Positions 42,201 through 51,667 of a DNA stretch of 64,000 nt are shown here, piece after piece. Numbering within the stretch: position 1 is the stretch's first letter; every line of letters starts with the position of its first letter. The position numbers were made by a program, and so were the translations under genes. The stretch lies in assembly GCA_963789475.1 (NCBI GenBank), contig CAWBLO010000015.1, positions 35,414 to 99,413 of the forward strand. The letters are read 5' to 3'. This DNA comes from an uncultured Gammaproteobacteria bacterium (GTDB lineage Bacteria > Pseudomonadota > Gammaproteobacteria > Methylococcales > Methylomonadaceae). The notes under the pieces are model-generated. The model had not been told where the DNA came from, did not search any database, and saw only the letters and a program-made list of their open reading frames with translations.

Positions 42201-42943
42201 AGTTAGCGGACAGCTTGTGCAAAAAAAGTGTCTGGATTATCGGTGGTGACGGCTGGGCTTACGATATTGGTTTTGGCGGTGTCGATCATGTCCTGGCCAG
42301 TGGACGTAATGTCAATATCCTGGTTCTGGATACTGAGGTCTATTCCAATACCGGCGGACAAACCTCAAAATCAACACCGTTAGGCGCAGTAGCAAAATTC
42401 TCAGCCAGTGGCAAAGCGACGGCCAAAAAAGATTTGGCCTTGTTGGCTATGGATTACAGTAATGTTTATGTCGCTCATGTCGCTTATGCGGGTAAAGATA
42501 TACAAACCCTCAATGCGTTTTTGGAGGCAGAAGCTCATGACGGCCCATCTATCATCATCGCCTACGCGCCTTGTATCGCACATGGCGTGGATATGTCCAA
42601 TAATCATAGACAGCAAAATCTGGCCATTAAAAGCGGACATTGGCCGCTGTTCCGGTTTGACCCCAGTAAGGCCAAACAGGGCAAAAATCCGATGAAGCTG
42701 GATTCGGCGGAACCGTCAATTCCTTACCGCGATTTTGTGAAAACCGAAACCCGTTTCAGCATGTTGTGGCAAACGCATCCGGAAGCTGCGGAGCAATTTC
42801 TGGAACAGGCGCAGAAAGATGTTAAAAATCGCTATCGTTACTACAAACAACTGTCTGAGCTGGAATGGACCGAAGCCACCAGTGTTTCAGCGGTAAAAGC
42901 TCAACTTAAAACTGAAAGTGCCAAGGAGACCGACAATGGTTGA
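39296..42943 (+). CDS. nifJ: Pyruvate:ferredoxin (flavodoxin) oxidoreductase
   Basis: YPITPSS, MQSEAGAAG, two CxxCxxC Fe-S motifs, ACVGCGE and GGDGWAYDIG. Confidence 0.97.
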   Translation: MQNQQTLTIDGNQAAATVAHKLNEVIAIYPITPSSNMGEWADEWSSRGQVNLWGTVPQVTEMQSEAGAAGAIHGALQAGSMATTFTASQGLLLMLPNMYKIAGELTPTVFHIAARSLACQGLSIFGDHSDVMSARMTGFGMLCSNSPQEVMDMALIAHAVALESRIPLMHFFDGFRTSHEVAKITTLDDSVLRAMINEEWVTAHRSRALTPDKPVLRGTAQNPDVYFQARETVNPFYDAMPGIVQSAMDKFAGLTGRSYRLFDYQGSPQAERVIVIMGSGAEAVAETLDYLNRQGESVGLLKVHLYRPFDAKSLLAAIPSSCKKIAVLDRTKEPGADGEPLYKDVLGALAQDFISGESRFTELPKVVGGRYGLSSKEFTPGMIKAIFDELKQAQPKNNFTIGIYDDVTHTSLDWDASYRTDALAETFQAMFYGLGSDGTVSANKNTIKIIGEATELFAQGYFVYDSKKSGAITVSHLRFGPNPIRSTYLIGENDANFIGCHQTIFLERYDMLANAAENAVFLLNTPEPVEQVWESLPAKMQQQMITKKIRFYVIDGYAVAEKSGMGKRINTIMQTCFFAISGVLPQDQAIPAIKYAVEKTYGKKGQRIVELNFKAIDETLASLHAVPLPTKVSSQFDIMSMISDAAPEFVKRVTGEIIAGRGDALPVSAMPIDGTFPTGTAAYEKRNLALEIPVWETDLCTQCGKCAMVCPHTAIRSKIFSTDVLADTPETFKHQLMLGKDFPAGLAMSYQVAPEDCTGCSLCVDICPIRDKSNASRKALNMRPQPPLREAESVNWDFFLSIPEYDRRLLKTNTIKGAMVLQPLFEFSGACVGCGETPYIKLASQLFGDRMVIANATGCSSIYGGNLPTTPWTKNAEGRGPAWSNSLFEDNAEFGLGMRVALDKQNEYARELVTSLRDQIGGELADAILEADQSDEAGIYEQRERVVTLKQKLQSLTNQVGQSAETLLQLADSLCKKSVWIIGGDGWAYDIGFGGVDHVLASGRNVNILVLDTEVYSNTGGQTSKSTPLGAVAKFSASGKATAKKDLALLAMDYSNVYVAHVAYAGKDIQTLNAFLEAEAHDGPSIIIAYAPCIAHGVDMSNNHRQQNLAIKSGHWPLFRFDPSKAKQGKNPMKLDSAEPSIPYRDFVKTETRFSMLWQTHPEAAEQFLEQAQKDVKNRYRYYKQLSELEWTEATSVSAVKAQLKTESAKETDNG

Positions 42944-43949
42944 TTTAACGACAAATTATGTAGGATTGAAACTGGCTAATCCCTTGGTGCCGTCAGCATC
43001 GCCTTTAAGTAAAGATGTGGACAGTGCCAAACGGCTGGAAGACGCAGGCGCATCGGCGTTAGTGATGTATTCGTTGTTCGAAGAAAAAATCGAAGCCGAG
43101 GAACATCAAATAGAGCGGTTTTTTTATCAACAAGCAATAGGATATGGTGAAGCGGACTCGTTTCACCCAATGCCGGAGAACATTCAGACCTATCAGGAAC
43201 AATATCTGGAGCAATTGCAAAAACTTAAAGAAGCCCTGGCGATTCCGGTCATCGCCAGTTTGAACGGCACGTCCCTGAGCGGCTGGGTTGAGTACGGCAA
43301 GCAATTGCAACAGGCGGGTGCCGATGCATTGGAACTGAATATCTATCACATGGCCGCCAATGCGGAGGAAAGCAGCGATGCGGTTGAAAATCGTTATCTG
43401 GATATATTGCGGGAATTGAAAGGTCATGTCAGTTTGCCGATCATCATGAAACTGTCCTCCCAGTTCAGTTCTCCCATTCATTTTGCGAAACGTCTGGATT
43501 CTGCCGGCGCCGATGGCATAGCGCTATTCAATCGGTTTTACCAGCCCGATATTGACCTGGAAACGCTGGAAGTGCTGCCAAAACTGGAATTGTCATCCCC
43601 ATCAGAAGCCCTGTTACGCATACGTTGGACGGCTTTGCTGTATGGCCGGACTAAACTTTCCCTGGCAGTAACCGGCGGTTTTCACCAGACGCCGGATGTG
43701 ATTAAAGCACTGTTAGCCGGAGCCGATGTCGTGCATCTTTGCAGTGTATTGTTAAAGCAGGGCGTGGGTCGTTTAACCGAAATCCTGACTGAACTGGAGC
43801 AGTGGCTGGTCGAGCATGAATATGAGTCCATCAGCCAACTCAAAGGCAGCGTCAGCCAACAACACGCCATTGATCCCAGCGCTTATGAACGCGCCAATTA
43901 TGTGCAGGTTTTGGATAGTTATTCTAGCCCGGCGGGGGTGTTGAGGTAG
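42936..43949 (+). CDS. Dihydroorotate dehydrogenase-like flavoprotein (PFOR-associated)
   Basis: NPLVPSASPL, SLFEE, FNRFYQPDID and YERANY motifs; overlaps the nifJ stop. Confidence 0.88.
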   Translation: MVDLTTNYVGLKLANPLVPSASPLSKDVDSAKRLEDAGASALVMYSLFEEKIEAEEHQIERFFYQQAIGYGEADSFHPMPENIQTYQEQYLEQLQKLKEALAIPVIASLNGTSLSGWVEYGKQLQQAGADALELNIYHMAANAEESSDAVENRYLDILRELKGHVSLPIIMKLSSQFSSPIHFAKRLDSAGADGIALFNRFYQPDIDLETLEVLPKLELSSPSEALLRIRWTALLYGRTKLSLAVTGGFHQTPDVIKALLAGADVVHLCSVLLKQGVGRLTEILTELEQWLVEHEYESISQLKGSVSQQHAIDPSAYERANYVQVLDSYSSPAGVLR

Positions 43950-44264
43950 ACGGAATGGTCGGGCAGCAGTTTTTCGTTGCCCGACTACATAACTTTTATG
44001 CTTAAACCTGATCTTATCAGCCCATTTGATCCAAAAATTTCTTAGGTTGTGCTTGAGTCGTATTTATTTGCATGGTCTGTCGTGCAGACTTTACTTTGGC
44101 TATTATAAACAATAAGATACTATTAATTAATCATGATTATACGACATCTCTGCCAGGTTATTGGACAACTAATGTCGTATATATTACGTTATGGATTCAA
44201 AATAAGTCGGGAGACAGCGCATGCTTGAAGGATTTCAAAAGATTTTCGATGAAGAGATAAAAAC

Positions 44265-44893
44265 ATGGACATTGCCGCTTGTGAAGAATGGGGGTTTTCT
44301 CAGCCATCAGAGAATTTCTTCACACAGCTAAAGGTGACTGCCGAAGGGACTGCTTACCACGATTGGGTTTGGAGTTGAAAAGGGTATTGTGCTTACCAAT
44401 GGCTGCACATTTAGAATCGAAAGCATGGGCCGTTCGAAAGGACCATATAATTGGTTCAGTCGTGACAACACTAATCAAAAACTGAATCCCAATTGGGAAT
44501 ATTTTATCCAAGTAGCCGAGTATGTCCGTCTTTCGCAAGCATTTAAAAATGAAGATTATGCCTTAACTTTCGAAGATTCTTTGATGGACATCGGAGTGTA
44601 TAGAAATAACAAGCTTGTTGGTTTGTTGCGAAATAAAAGAAAAATCGAGTCAAGCCAAAAAACTCGTTACTGGAATCAAAAATTATGAAAGTGGCATTGA
44701 TTTGGCCATGCCTGACAGGGGAAATGACCCATTGCGAAAAGCAAAATATCTCATTCATCAAAGACCGTTATTTTTCTATTTAGTCGCTAAAGGCGTTCAA
44801 TATGAGTTTAATGTCTGTTTCCTGAGGGAAAAGCCTTTGACTTCAGGAAGAATATAATTCCCTTTGTATGAGAATCGATATCAAATCCATAAC
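44265..44893 (+). pseudogene. Decayed AT-rich ORF (cassette-like remnant 1)
   Basis: Broken frames (44389-44688, 44615-44857); the last frame ends at a TAA inside an attC-like site. Confidence 0.45.
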
Positions 44894-44940
44894 CCGGCAC
44901 TCCACTGGAGCGCAAACAGCCGCGCGCCGGTTACTTTTCA
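44887..44940 (+). mobile_element. Degenerate attC-like site
   Basis: CATAACCCGGCACTCCACTGGA-GCGC..GCGCGCCGGTTACTTT follows attC R''/L''/L' architecture; R' GTTRRRY is eroded. Confidence 0.5.
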
Positions 44941-44949
44941 TCAAACAAC

Positions 44950-45448
44950 CTTTCTGAAATAGCTACTAGTGAATTAAGCGCTAACCTAATAACGCATAAG
45001 GTAAATTTTCTTTTAGATAAGAGCATTAAAAGTCCAAAAGTAATTTCTGATTTTCAAAATTTTGTCCTTGATGATGCGAAATCCTTAAGGGAAGCGGTCA
45101 ATAATAGGCAAATTGATTTGGATGACCTAATTGCAGTTCTTAAGAATTCATGGAAATTCAAAAAATGGATTTCTGGAATAGAACCTGATCAGGATTTGAT
45201 AAAAAACTACTATACCGAAGTAACAAAGAAAACTATGGTTGATAAACTCCCGGTGAAAAGTATTGGTGGGGTATTTTTACTGGAGCTGGGTTGATTGCTG
45301 ATGCATTAGCAATGGGTGGAATTGGAACAGCAGTTGGTCTAGGGCTTGGCGTTTTAGATACATTCTATCTAGATAAGTTAATTCCGGTTGGAAACCAAAC
45401 CAATTTATTGAAGAAGAGATCAAGAAATTATTAACAAATGGCACTTAA
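44950..45448 (+). pseudogene. 3' fragment of AT-rich gene with C-terminal Gly-rich hydrophobic segment (cassette-like remnant 2)
   Basis: Frameshifted frames give KFKKWISGIEPDQDLIKNYY..GGIGTAVGLGLG..GWKPNQFIEEEIKKLLTNGT*. The stop lies in ACTTAAC, followed by AAATCACTCCACAGGA (attC 5' half). Confidence 0.55.
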
Positions 45449-45476
45449 CAAATCACTCCACAGGATACTCATCATA

Positions 45477-45611
45477 GTAGCCGGAATAAGTCTTTTCGAG
45501 CGCAAGCAAGAACAAGCGTTTCCGGCATATCACGCGACATGCCGGAAACGCCACCACGCGCTACGCCCTTCGACAAGCTCAGGACAGGCTTGGGTGGTCT
45601 TATTCCGGCCT
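45477..45611. repeat. Composite REP doublet, left direct-repeat copy
   Basis: GCCGGAATAAG...CTTATTCCGGC termini with nested CTTCGACAAGCTCAGGACAGGC; the 3' ~70 bp are identical to 46581-46651. Confidence 0.9.
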
Positions 45612-45816
45612 GTGCGTACCATTGAACACTATGACACTGGCTAAACTGGGATAGGATGAACAAAACACAGCCAGTCTGCATGACCAGTTCAAGGAGAAGC
45701 TAGCCGAGGCATTGCTTCAATGAGTATCACCGATTAAACTGTACTGAAACGCTATCAGCCAGAAATAAAACAAAGATTACCAAATCGGCTTCACATAAAC
45801 TTAAGAGGCATTAAAA

Positions 45817-46128
45817 ATGCACCCCTTTATCCATCAACATCAGTCCGCTATCGCTGAACTCTGCCGACGTTATCGCGTGCAACGGCTTGAAGTGTTCGGT
45901 TCTGCCGCGCGTGGAACCGATTTCGCCACGGAAAGCAGCGATGCCGATTTCTTGGTGGAGTTCTCGCCATCTGCCGATAGCCCTACGCTAAAGGCTTTTT
46001 TTGGGTTACAAGCTGACTTGTCGCAGATCCTGGGGCGTGCCGTTGATCTGGCGGAATCCTCCGCCCTGCGCAACCCCTATGTCCAGGCCAGCGTCAATCG
46101 AAGCCGCGAAGTCGTCTATGCAGCATGA
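45817..46128 (+). CDS. MNT (minimal nucleotidyltransferase) antitoxin
   Basis: FGSAARG..SDADFLVEF and GRAVDL motifs. Confidence 0.92.
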   Translation: MHPFIHQHQSAIAELCRRYRVQRLEVFGSAARGTDFATESSDADFLVEFSPSADSPTLKAFFGLQADLSQILGRAVDLAESSALRNPYVQASVNRSREVVYAA

Positions 46129-46468
46129 TCCTCGTGCCTATCTCTGGGATGCAAGGGAGGCCGCTGCGGCAATACTGGAATTCGTGGCGGGCAAAACTTT
46201 CGAGGACTATGCCAGTGACCGGTTGTTGCGTTCCGCCGTCGAGCGCCAGTTCGAAATCATCGGTGAGGCGCTTAGTCAATTATGCAAAATCGAGCCGCAA
46301 TGGGCCGATCGTATTCCCGATGTGCCTCAAATCATCGCGTTTCGTAACGTGTTGATTCATGGTTACGCCTCGGTTAACGATCTGACGGTCTGGCGTACTA
46401 TTGATGAATCCCTGCCGACACTATATGAAATCGTAACCAGCCTGCTGGATGAGGCGGGTACGCCCTGA
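46118..46468 (+). CDS. HEPN (DUF86/HepT-like) ribonuclease toxin
   Basis: AVERQFEIIGEA and RNVLIHGY (R-X4-H); overlaps the MNT stop. Confidence 0.92.
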   Translation: MQHDPRAYLWDAREAAAAILEFVAGKTFEDYASDRLLRSAVERQFEIIGEALSQLCKIEPQWADRIPDVPQIIAFRNVLIHGYASVNDLTVWRTIDESLPTLYEIVTSLLDEAGTP

Positions 46469-46522
46469 CATGAAATGCTGTTAACTTAAGTCGTTTGTGC
46501 TGAGTTTGTCGACGGAAGCTAT

Positions 46523-46653
46523 GTAGGCCGGAATAAGCCTAAGCGAGAACAAGCGTTTCCGGCACACCGCCGCACGACAAGCCGGAAACGCCACCACGCG
46601 CTACGCCCTTCGACAAGCTCAGGACAGGCTTGGGTGGTCTTATTCCGGCCTAC
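46523..46653. repeat. Composite REP doublet, right direct-repeat copy
   Basis: GTAGGCCGGAATAAG...CTTATTCCGGCCTAC perfect 15-bp termini. Confidence 0.9.
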
Positions 46654-46956
46654 GACTGTGCGTCTGGAGGTCACCAAATCTTTGCCACAAACACAGCATC
46701 ATTGCGCAATTTTAAATGATCGCCATTTTGACCAATCACATACAGCCCTTTGCGTATTGCGTAAGTAACAACATTGCCTGGAATAACCATACCAGCCACT
46801 GCACCTTTAATTCACACCCACTGAGGGTAATTTTTTTAAATAATACACTGATACATGCGTGAGAGCGTTCGCAAATAGCGGGCGAATAATTGACTCTTTC
46901 CCCCATTCCATATACCTTTTACATTACTTTAAGCACTATTCGTCAGGTAGCTTTCC

Positions 46957-48463
46957 ATGTCCAACGCCCTTACTCCCCCATCCGACGATGTTTTTCATCA
47001 CTTTATCTCCACGCCGCTGGACACGCTTCTGGCGGAACACCAGGCCGTCAATCCCGAAGACAAGGTTCTGGCCCTGTTTCACCGTTGCGTGGCGGAGGTT
47101 CCCGCTTACCGCCGGTTTCTGGATTCACGCGGCGTAAACCCTGCGGAGATTACTTCTTTCCCGGCATTCCGGGAGTTACCGCTAATGGGCAAGGCCGATT
47201 ACATGCAGGCTTATCCGCTGCCGGAGCGCTGTCTGGGCGGCAGTCTTAGAGGTTCTGACCGGGTGGCGGTGTCTTCCGGTTCCACGGGTAAACCAACTTT
47301 CTGGCCGCGCTCGGTCGCGCATGAGCTGGACGTGGCTGTGCGTTTCGAGCAGGTATTTTGCGACAGTTTCCGCGCCCATGAGCGCAGCACGCTGGCTGTG
47401 GTGTGCTTCGCTTTGGGCAACTGGGTGGGCGGTTTGTATACGACGTCCTGCTGCTGGCATCTGGCACGCAAGGGTTATCCGCTGATGGTGGCGACGCCGG
47501 GCAACAACAAAGCGGAAATTTTCCGGGTGGTGCGCGAAATGGCGCCCCATTTTGAACAAACGGTATTGCTGGGTTATCCGCCTTTCGTCAAAGACGTGAT
47601 CGACGCCGGTGCCGCCGAGGGTATCAACTGGGCTGACTATAACCCCAAGCTGGTCTTTGCCGGTGAGGTGTTTAGCGAGGAATGGCGTAGCTTGATGGGA
47701 CAGCGCATCGGTTCGGTGTCGCCCTGCTATGATTCCGCCTCACTCTACGGCACAGCCGACGGCGGTGTGCTCGGTAACGAAACTCCGCTCAGTATCGCCA
47801 TTCGCCGCTGGCTGGCGGATCATCCCGAGGCAGCCCGTACCTTGTTTGGCGAATCACGGTTGCCGACGCTGGTGCAATATGATCCGGCCAGCCGGTTCTT
47901 CGAAATGCACGAAGGCACGCTGGTGGTTTCCGGTGAGAATAGTGTGCCCCTGGTGCGCTATCACATTGCCGACAAAGGCGGTGTGTTAAGTTACGATGAA
48001 ATGTGGGATTTCCTAAGAGAGCACGGGGTGCAGTCGCTCAGCGAGCTGGGTCTGAATAAGGATATGTCAGCCCCGTAATTTGCCGTTTGTGTATGTGTTC
48101 GGGCGGGCGGATTTCACCGTGTCCTATTACGGTGCCAATATTTATCCGGAGAACGTCACTGTCGGTCTGGAACAGCCGGAAATCATGGCTTGGGTGACCG
48201 GTAAATTCGTGCTGGAAACACAGGAAACCGAAGACGGCGACAAATATCTGCACATTGCCGTGGAGCTGTTACCCGGCGTTGAACCCAATAAAGCGATGGC
48301 GCCCCTGATAGCCGCGTCCATTCGAGCGCAGTTATTACGCTTGAATAGCGAATTCGCCAACTACACGCCGGCAGAGCGGCAATTACCCCGAATTACCCTG
48401 CGTTCTTTTGCGGATCCTGAGTATTTCCCGGCGGGGGTAAAACATCGCTATACCCGTAATTGA
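46957..48463 (+). CDS. Phenylacetate-CoA ligase/F390 synthetase-like adenylate-forming enzyme; frameshift near 48073
   Basis: VPAYR, SSGSTGKP, AGE.FSE, YGTAD, PLVRYHI.D and VFGRAD motifs. An extra C in GCCCC splits the ORF. Confidence 0.85.
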
Positions 48464-48479
48464 GTAATCATCATAACTT

Positions 48480-49136
48480 ATGCTCGATTTTTCCCGATTT
48501 ATTCACACCCATCCGCACCCTCTCCTGTTAATTGCTGTCATGTTAGGTGTAGGCTCCGGTTTTTTACTGCCTGATCATTGGCGAGTAGTCACACAAGTTC
48601 TCGTGGCATGGAATGTCATGGTTTGGTCCTACCTGTTGTTGATGGGCTGGTTAATGCTGCGGGCTAACCATACCAGGATGCTAAAAATAGCCAGTCAGGA
48701 AGATGAACACGGAGTGACTATTCTGGCGATGTTTTCAGTTGCCACCGTAGCCAGTCTGGTGGCTATTGTACTGGAGTTGTCCACTCAAGAATTAAAATCG
48801 GGTTTTCATTTATTTAATTACCTGCTAACCGGTGCAACCATTCTGGGCTCCTGGTTTTTTACCGGCGTATTATTTACGTTTCATTATTCTCGAATGTACT
48901 ATCTTTCGTCTTCAAATAGCCGGCCTTTGAAATTTCCGGATGATGAACAACACCCTGATTATTGGGATTTTCTTTACTTTGCTTTTACCATTGCGGTTGC
49001 TGTGCAAACGGCCGATGTGTCTGTCATGAGCCGATCAATGCGAAAAATAGTGCTTGCGCAATCGATTCTTGGTTTTTTATTTAATATGGTAATTATTGGT
49101 TCGTCGATTAATGTGTTTGCGAGTTTAATTAGCTAA
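48480..49136 (+). CDS. DUF1345-family membrane protein
   Basis: FTFHY, FP....PDYWDFLYFAFTI and Q.ADV motifs. Confidence 0.85.
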   Translation: MLDFSRFIHTHPHPLLLIAVMLGVGSGFLLPDHWRVVTQVLVAWNVMVWSYLLLMGWLMLRANHTRMLKIASQEDEHGVTILAMFSVATVASLVAIVLELSTQELKSGFHLFNYLLTGATILGSWFFTGVLFTFHYSRMYYLSSSNSRPLKFPDDEQHPDYWDFLYFAFTIAVAVQTADVSVMSRSMRKIVLAQSILGFLFNMVIIGSSINVFASLIS

Positions 49137-49140
49137 GTAA

Positions 49141-49230
49141 CACGTACGAAATAGCTTGAATATTTTATTCCCTCTCCCCAACCCTCTCCCGGAGGGAGAG
49201 GGAGTAAGATGTTCAAGTTATTTCATGCAT
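49141..49230. repeat. CCCTCTCCC-GGAGGGAGAGGG hairpin repeat within imperfect outer inverted repeats
   Basis: Core at 49168-49203; outer GAAATAGCTTGAA / TTCAAGTTATTTC. Lies between convergent genes. Confidence 0.7.
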
Positions 49231-49234
49231 GTTC

Positions 49235-51586
49235 CTAATACACCTGTGTATAGCTTTCACGAACTTCCTTCAGTTCCATGGCGATTTCACGGCGCAGACG
49301 AAAATCACGTCTGGAATGGGCGATGTTATAAGGGATATTGGGATTTCTTTCGTATTTAACCGCTGTGCGGATAAGGCCTATCCATTGTCTGTCATTATCT
49401 TCCATTTCTTTAAAGCGATTACGAATCCGCTCCAATTCCTGATTGCAATAGGTTACAAACCCGGCAGCATAAAACACGCTATTTTTCAGGTAGTCTTTTA
49501 AGGCAGCCAAATCACCATTAATTTCCTCGACAACCTGCTCAAAATTATTGGGTTCAGGTAATTTTTCCTGATCTTCCGATATTTTTCTAGCCGGATTAGC
49601 TTGGTCGGCAGGCGAATTAGGGACGTCCGGACTCATTGCGGCTTTAATGGCTGTTTTGACAGTTCTTCCAATTACCGGCGGAATTAACGATTTATTTGCC
49701 CACAAACCATAGCGTAAATAATGTGTGACATCCTGTTTATTGGTATCAGGCCCCTGATAAAAGGCTTCCAGGGTTTTAATCTCGGCTGAACGTTCATTCA
49801 ATAAGCGTTCACGGGCTTGCAAAGGTTTAGCGATAAACGCTTCTACTGCGACGCGACCGAAACGTAAAAACAGCACTTGAAAACCATGTCGTATGCGTGC
49901 CTGTTCGATACTTTCATCAGTATGTAACAAGGTTTTACGCACTTCTTCGGTCTCCCACAGCAATGACTGTGTTTTTTGGACAATCTGATCGATCAGTACC
50001 TGCAACGATTGCGCGAGTTGATCGGTCAGTTCGGTTTCAAATTTTTGCTGAATTTCCCTGAACAGTTCTTCGCGAATTTTGTAATTGCCTTCGCGCGGAT
50101 CGGGCATGGAAATCGTTCTGCCTGCCGTATAGATTCGTTTTAATTCATCCATTTGCCCTGTGGTAAGATTGGACAGCAGGGCATCGATTTTTTCATCATA
50201 AGCTGCATGTAATGCCGCCAGCTCCTGGTGTTCAGCGCCTGGCGCATCCGCTTCCTTACGGCCTTGAATGCTTTCGGCATACCAGACATCAAAATCTTTT
50301 TTGATGCGTTGCCATTCACGTCCCCACCATTGATTAAATTCACTGCCTAACAGATCATCTTCTTCAATATCGCCATCGGCTATCCCGCCATAAATGGGTT
50401 CAAGTTTTCCAATAATATCGGCGGCATATTGCCGTATATTGCTGACCAACGCATCACAACGTTTTTCCAGTACTCCGGCTCGTTCATGGTCGATATAATC
50501 ATTGATCGTCTCTTTTAATAAAACGATGCCATCAGTGATACCCAGTTTTTTTAATTTTAATTTATCGTCAGCGCTTTTAGTGCGCCTGAGTGTATCTTCC
50601 GAGGGTATGCCGAATTCAACCAGATGAGCTCGAGCGCATACCGGTATCATGCGTCGTTCAGGAACAGCAGGCCAGTAATGTCTATGCTTTGCCAGGGTTT
50701 CCTTAAAATCAATCTGGTCATCCAAAGCGTCGGCTTGCGTGAGTACAACAAAAATTTTGTCGGATACTTTAATACTGGGGTCTTCAGTGTCAGCAATGAC
50801 CAGGATTTCTTTTTCCGGCCCCGTAATTGAAGGCTGTTTCATCTCCTTGGCATAAATAATGGCATCGCAGCCCTTCAGCCGGTCAATCGCTTGTTCCGAG
50901 TGCATCTGGATGCCTGAATTAAAGCCGGGTACATCATGAAAAATAATGTCCCGATCACTTCTTAAGCGTACTGTTTTGAGTTGAATGCGCTTGATAGCTA
51001 AAGACTGCGCCCGGTTTTTGAAAATCGCGGACTGTAATTGTTCATTAATTTCACTAATATCTATAAAACTTTGCGTAAAGCCATTTTTTTGCCTGGCAAA
51101 CTCGTAAATGGCATTCAGATTTTTTTCAGTGTCCTCAAAATCCTCCAGTATTTCTTTCCTTTCTTTATCGCCCAGCGTTCCTTCCAGTGCCGATTTCCTT
51201 TGCTGCTGGAGTTTGCTTATCTCTTCCTTGCTGTAATATTGAATTGACAGAAGTTGATCCTGTTCAGTCTGGGCCGACCAGATTTCTGTACTGGTAAAGG
51301 TACATCTTTCGCGTGCAGAAGGTAGAATCTCTTGCCCTAACCAGGCATTCAGCAACGCACTCTTACCGGCTTTTTCCAGGCCAATAACAGCGACTTCAAA
51401 ACGGTTGGCATGTAATCGCTCCAGTTGCCGGTTTAAGCGCGTGTGTTCGGCGTTGAGTTTTTGCACCAGTTCAGGTGCAATGTCTTCGCTCGTTTTGTTA
51501 CACAGCGTCACCAATTTATCCGCCAGTACGGAGGTTATTTCTAACCGCGCAAGTTGTTGTTGACAAGTTTCCAGCCAGGTAGCCAT
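49235..51586 (-). CDS. Bacterial dynamin-like GTPase
   Basis: G1 GLEKAGKS, G2 LPS..RCT, G3 DVPG, G4 TQAD and a long helical stalk. Confidence 0.85.
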   Translation of the reverse strand: MATWLETCQQQLARLEITSVLADKLVTLCNKTSEDIAPELVQKLNAEHTRLNRQLERLHANRFEVAVIGLEKAGKSALLNAWLGQEILPSARERCTFTSTEIWSAQTEQDQLLSIQYYSKEEISKLQQQRKSALEGTLGDKERKEILEDFEDTEKNLNAIYEFARQKNGFTQSFIDISEINEQLQSAIFKNRAQSLAIKRIQLKTVRLRSDRDIIFHDVPGFNSGIQMHSEQAIDRLKGCDAIIYAKEMKQPSITGPEKEILVIADTEDPSIKVSDKIFVVLTQADALDDQIDFKETLAKHRHYWPAVPERRMIPVCARAHLVEFGIPSEDTLRRTKSADDKLKLKKLGITDGIVLLKETINDYIDHERAGVLEKRCDALVSNIRQYAADIIGKLEPIYGGIADGDIEEDDLLGSEFNQWWGREWQRIKKDFDVWYAESIQGRKEADAPGAEHQELAALHAAYDEKIDALLSNLTTGQMDELKRIYTAGRTISMPDPREGNYKIREELFREIQQKFETELTDQLAQSLQVLIDQIVQKTQSLLWETEEVRKTLLHTDESIEQARIRHGFQVLFLRFGRVAVEAFIAKPLQARERLLNERSAEIKTLEAFYQGPDTNKQDVTHYLRYGLWANKSLIPPVIGRTVKTAIKAAMSPDVPNSPADQANPARKISEDQEKLPEPNNFEQVVEEINGDLAALKDYLKNSVFYAAGFVTYCNQELERIRNRFKEMEDNDRQWIGLIRTAVKYERNPNIPYNIAHSRRDFRLRREIAMELKEVRESYTQVY

Positions 51587-51627
51587 AGATGTTCCAGAGT
51601 TGTTAAATGCTTTTTTGGTAGTGTGTA

Positions 51628-51660
51628 GTGAGTGCAAACGGCTCCACCGTTTGCACTCAC
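51628..51660. terminator. 14-bp perfect hairpin just after the pfp stop (terminator or REP)
   Basis: GTGAGTGCAAACGG-CTCCA-CCGTTTGCACTCAC; no U-tract on the coding strand. Confidence 0.45.
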
Positions 51661-51667
51661 AAATAGC

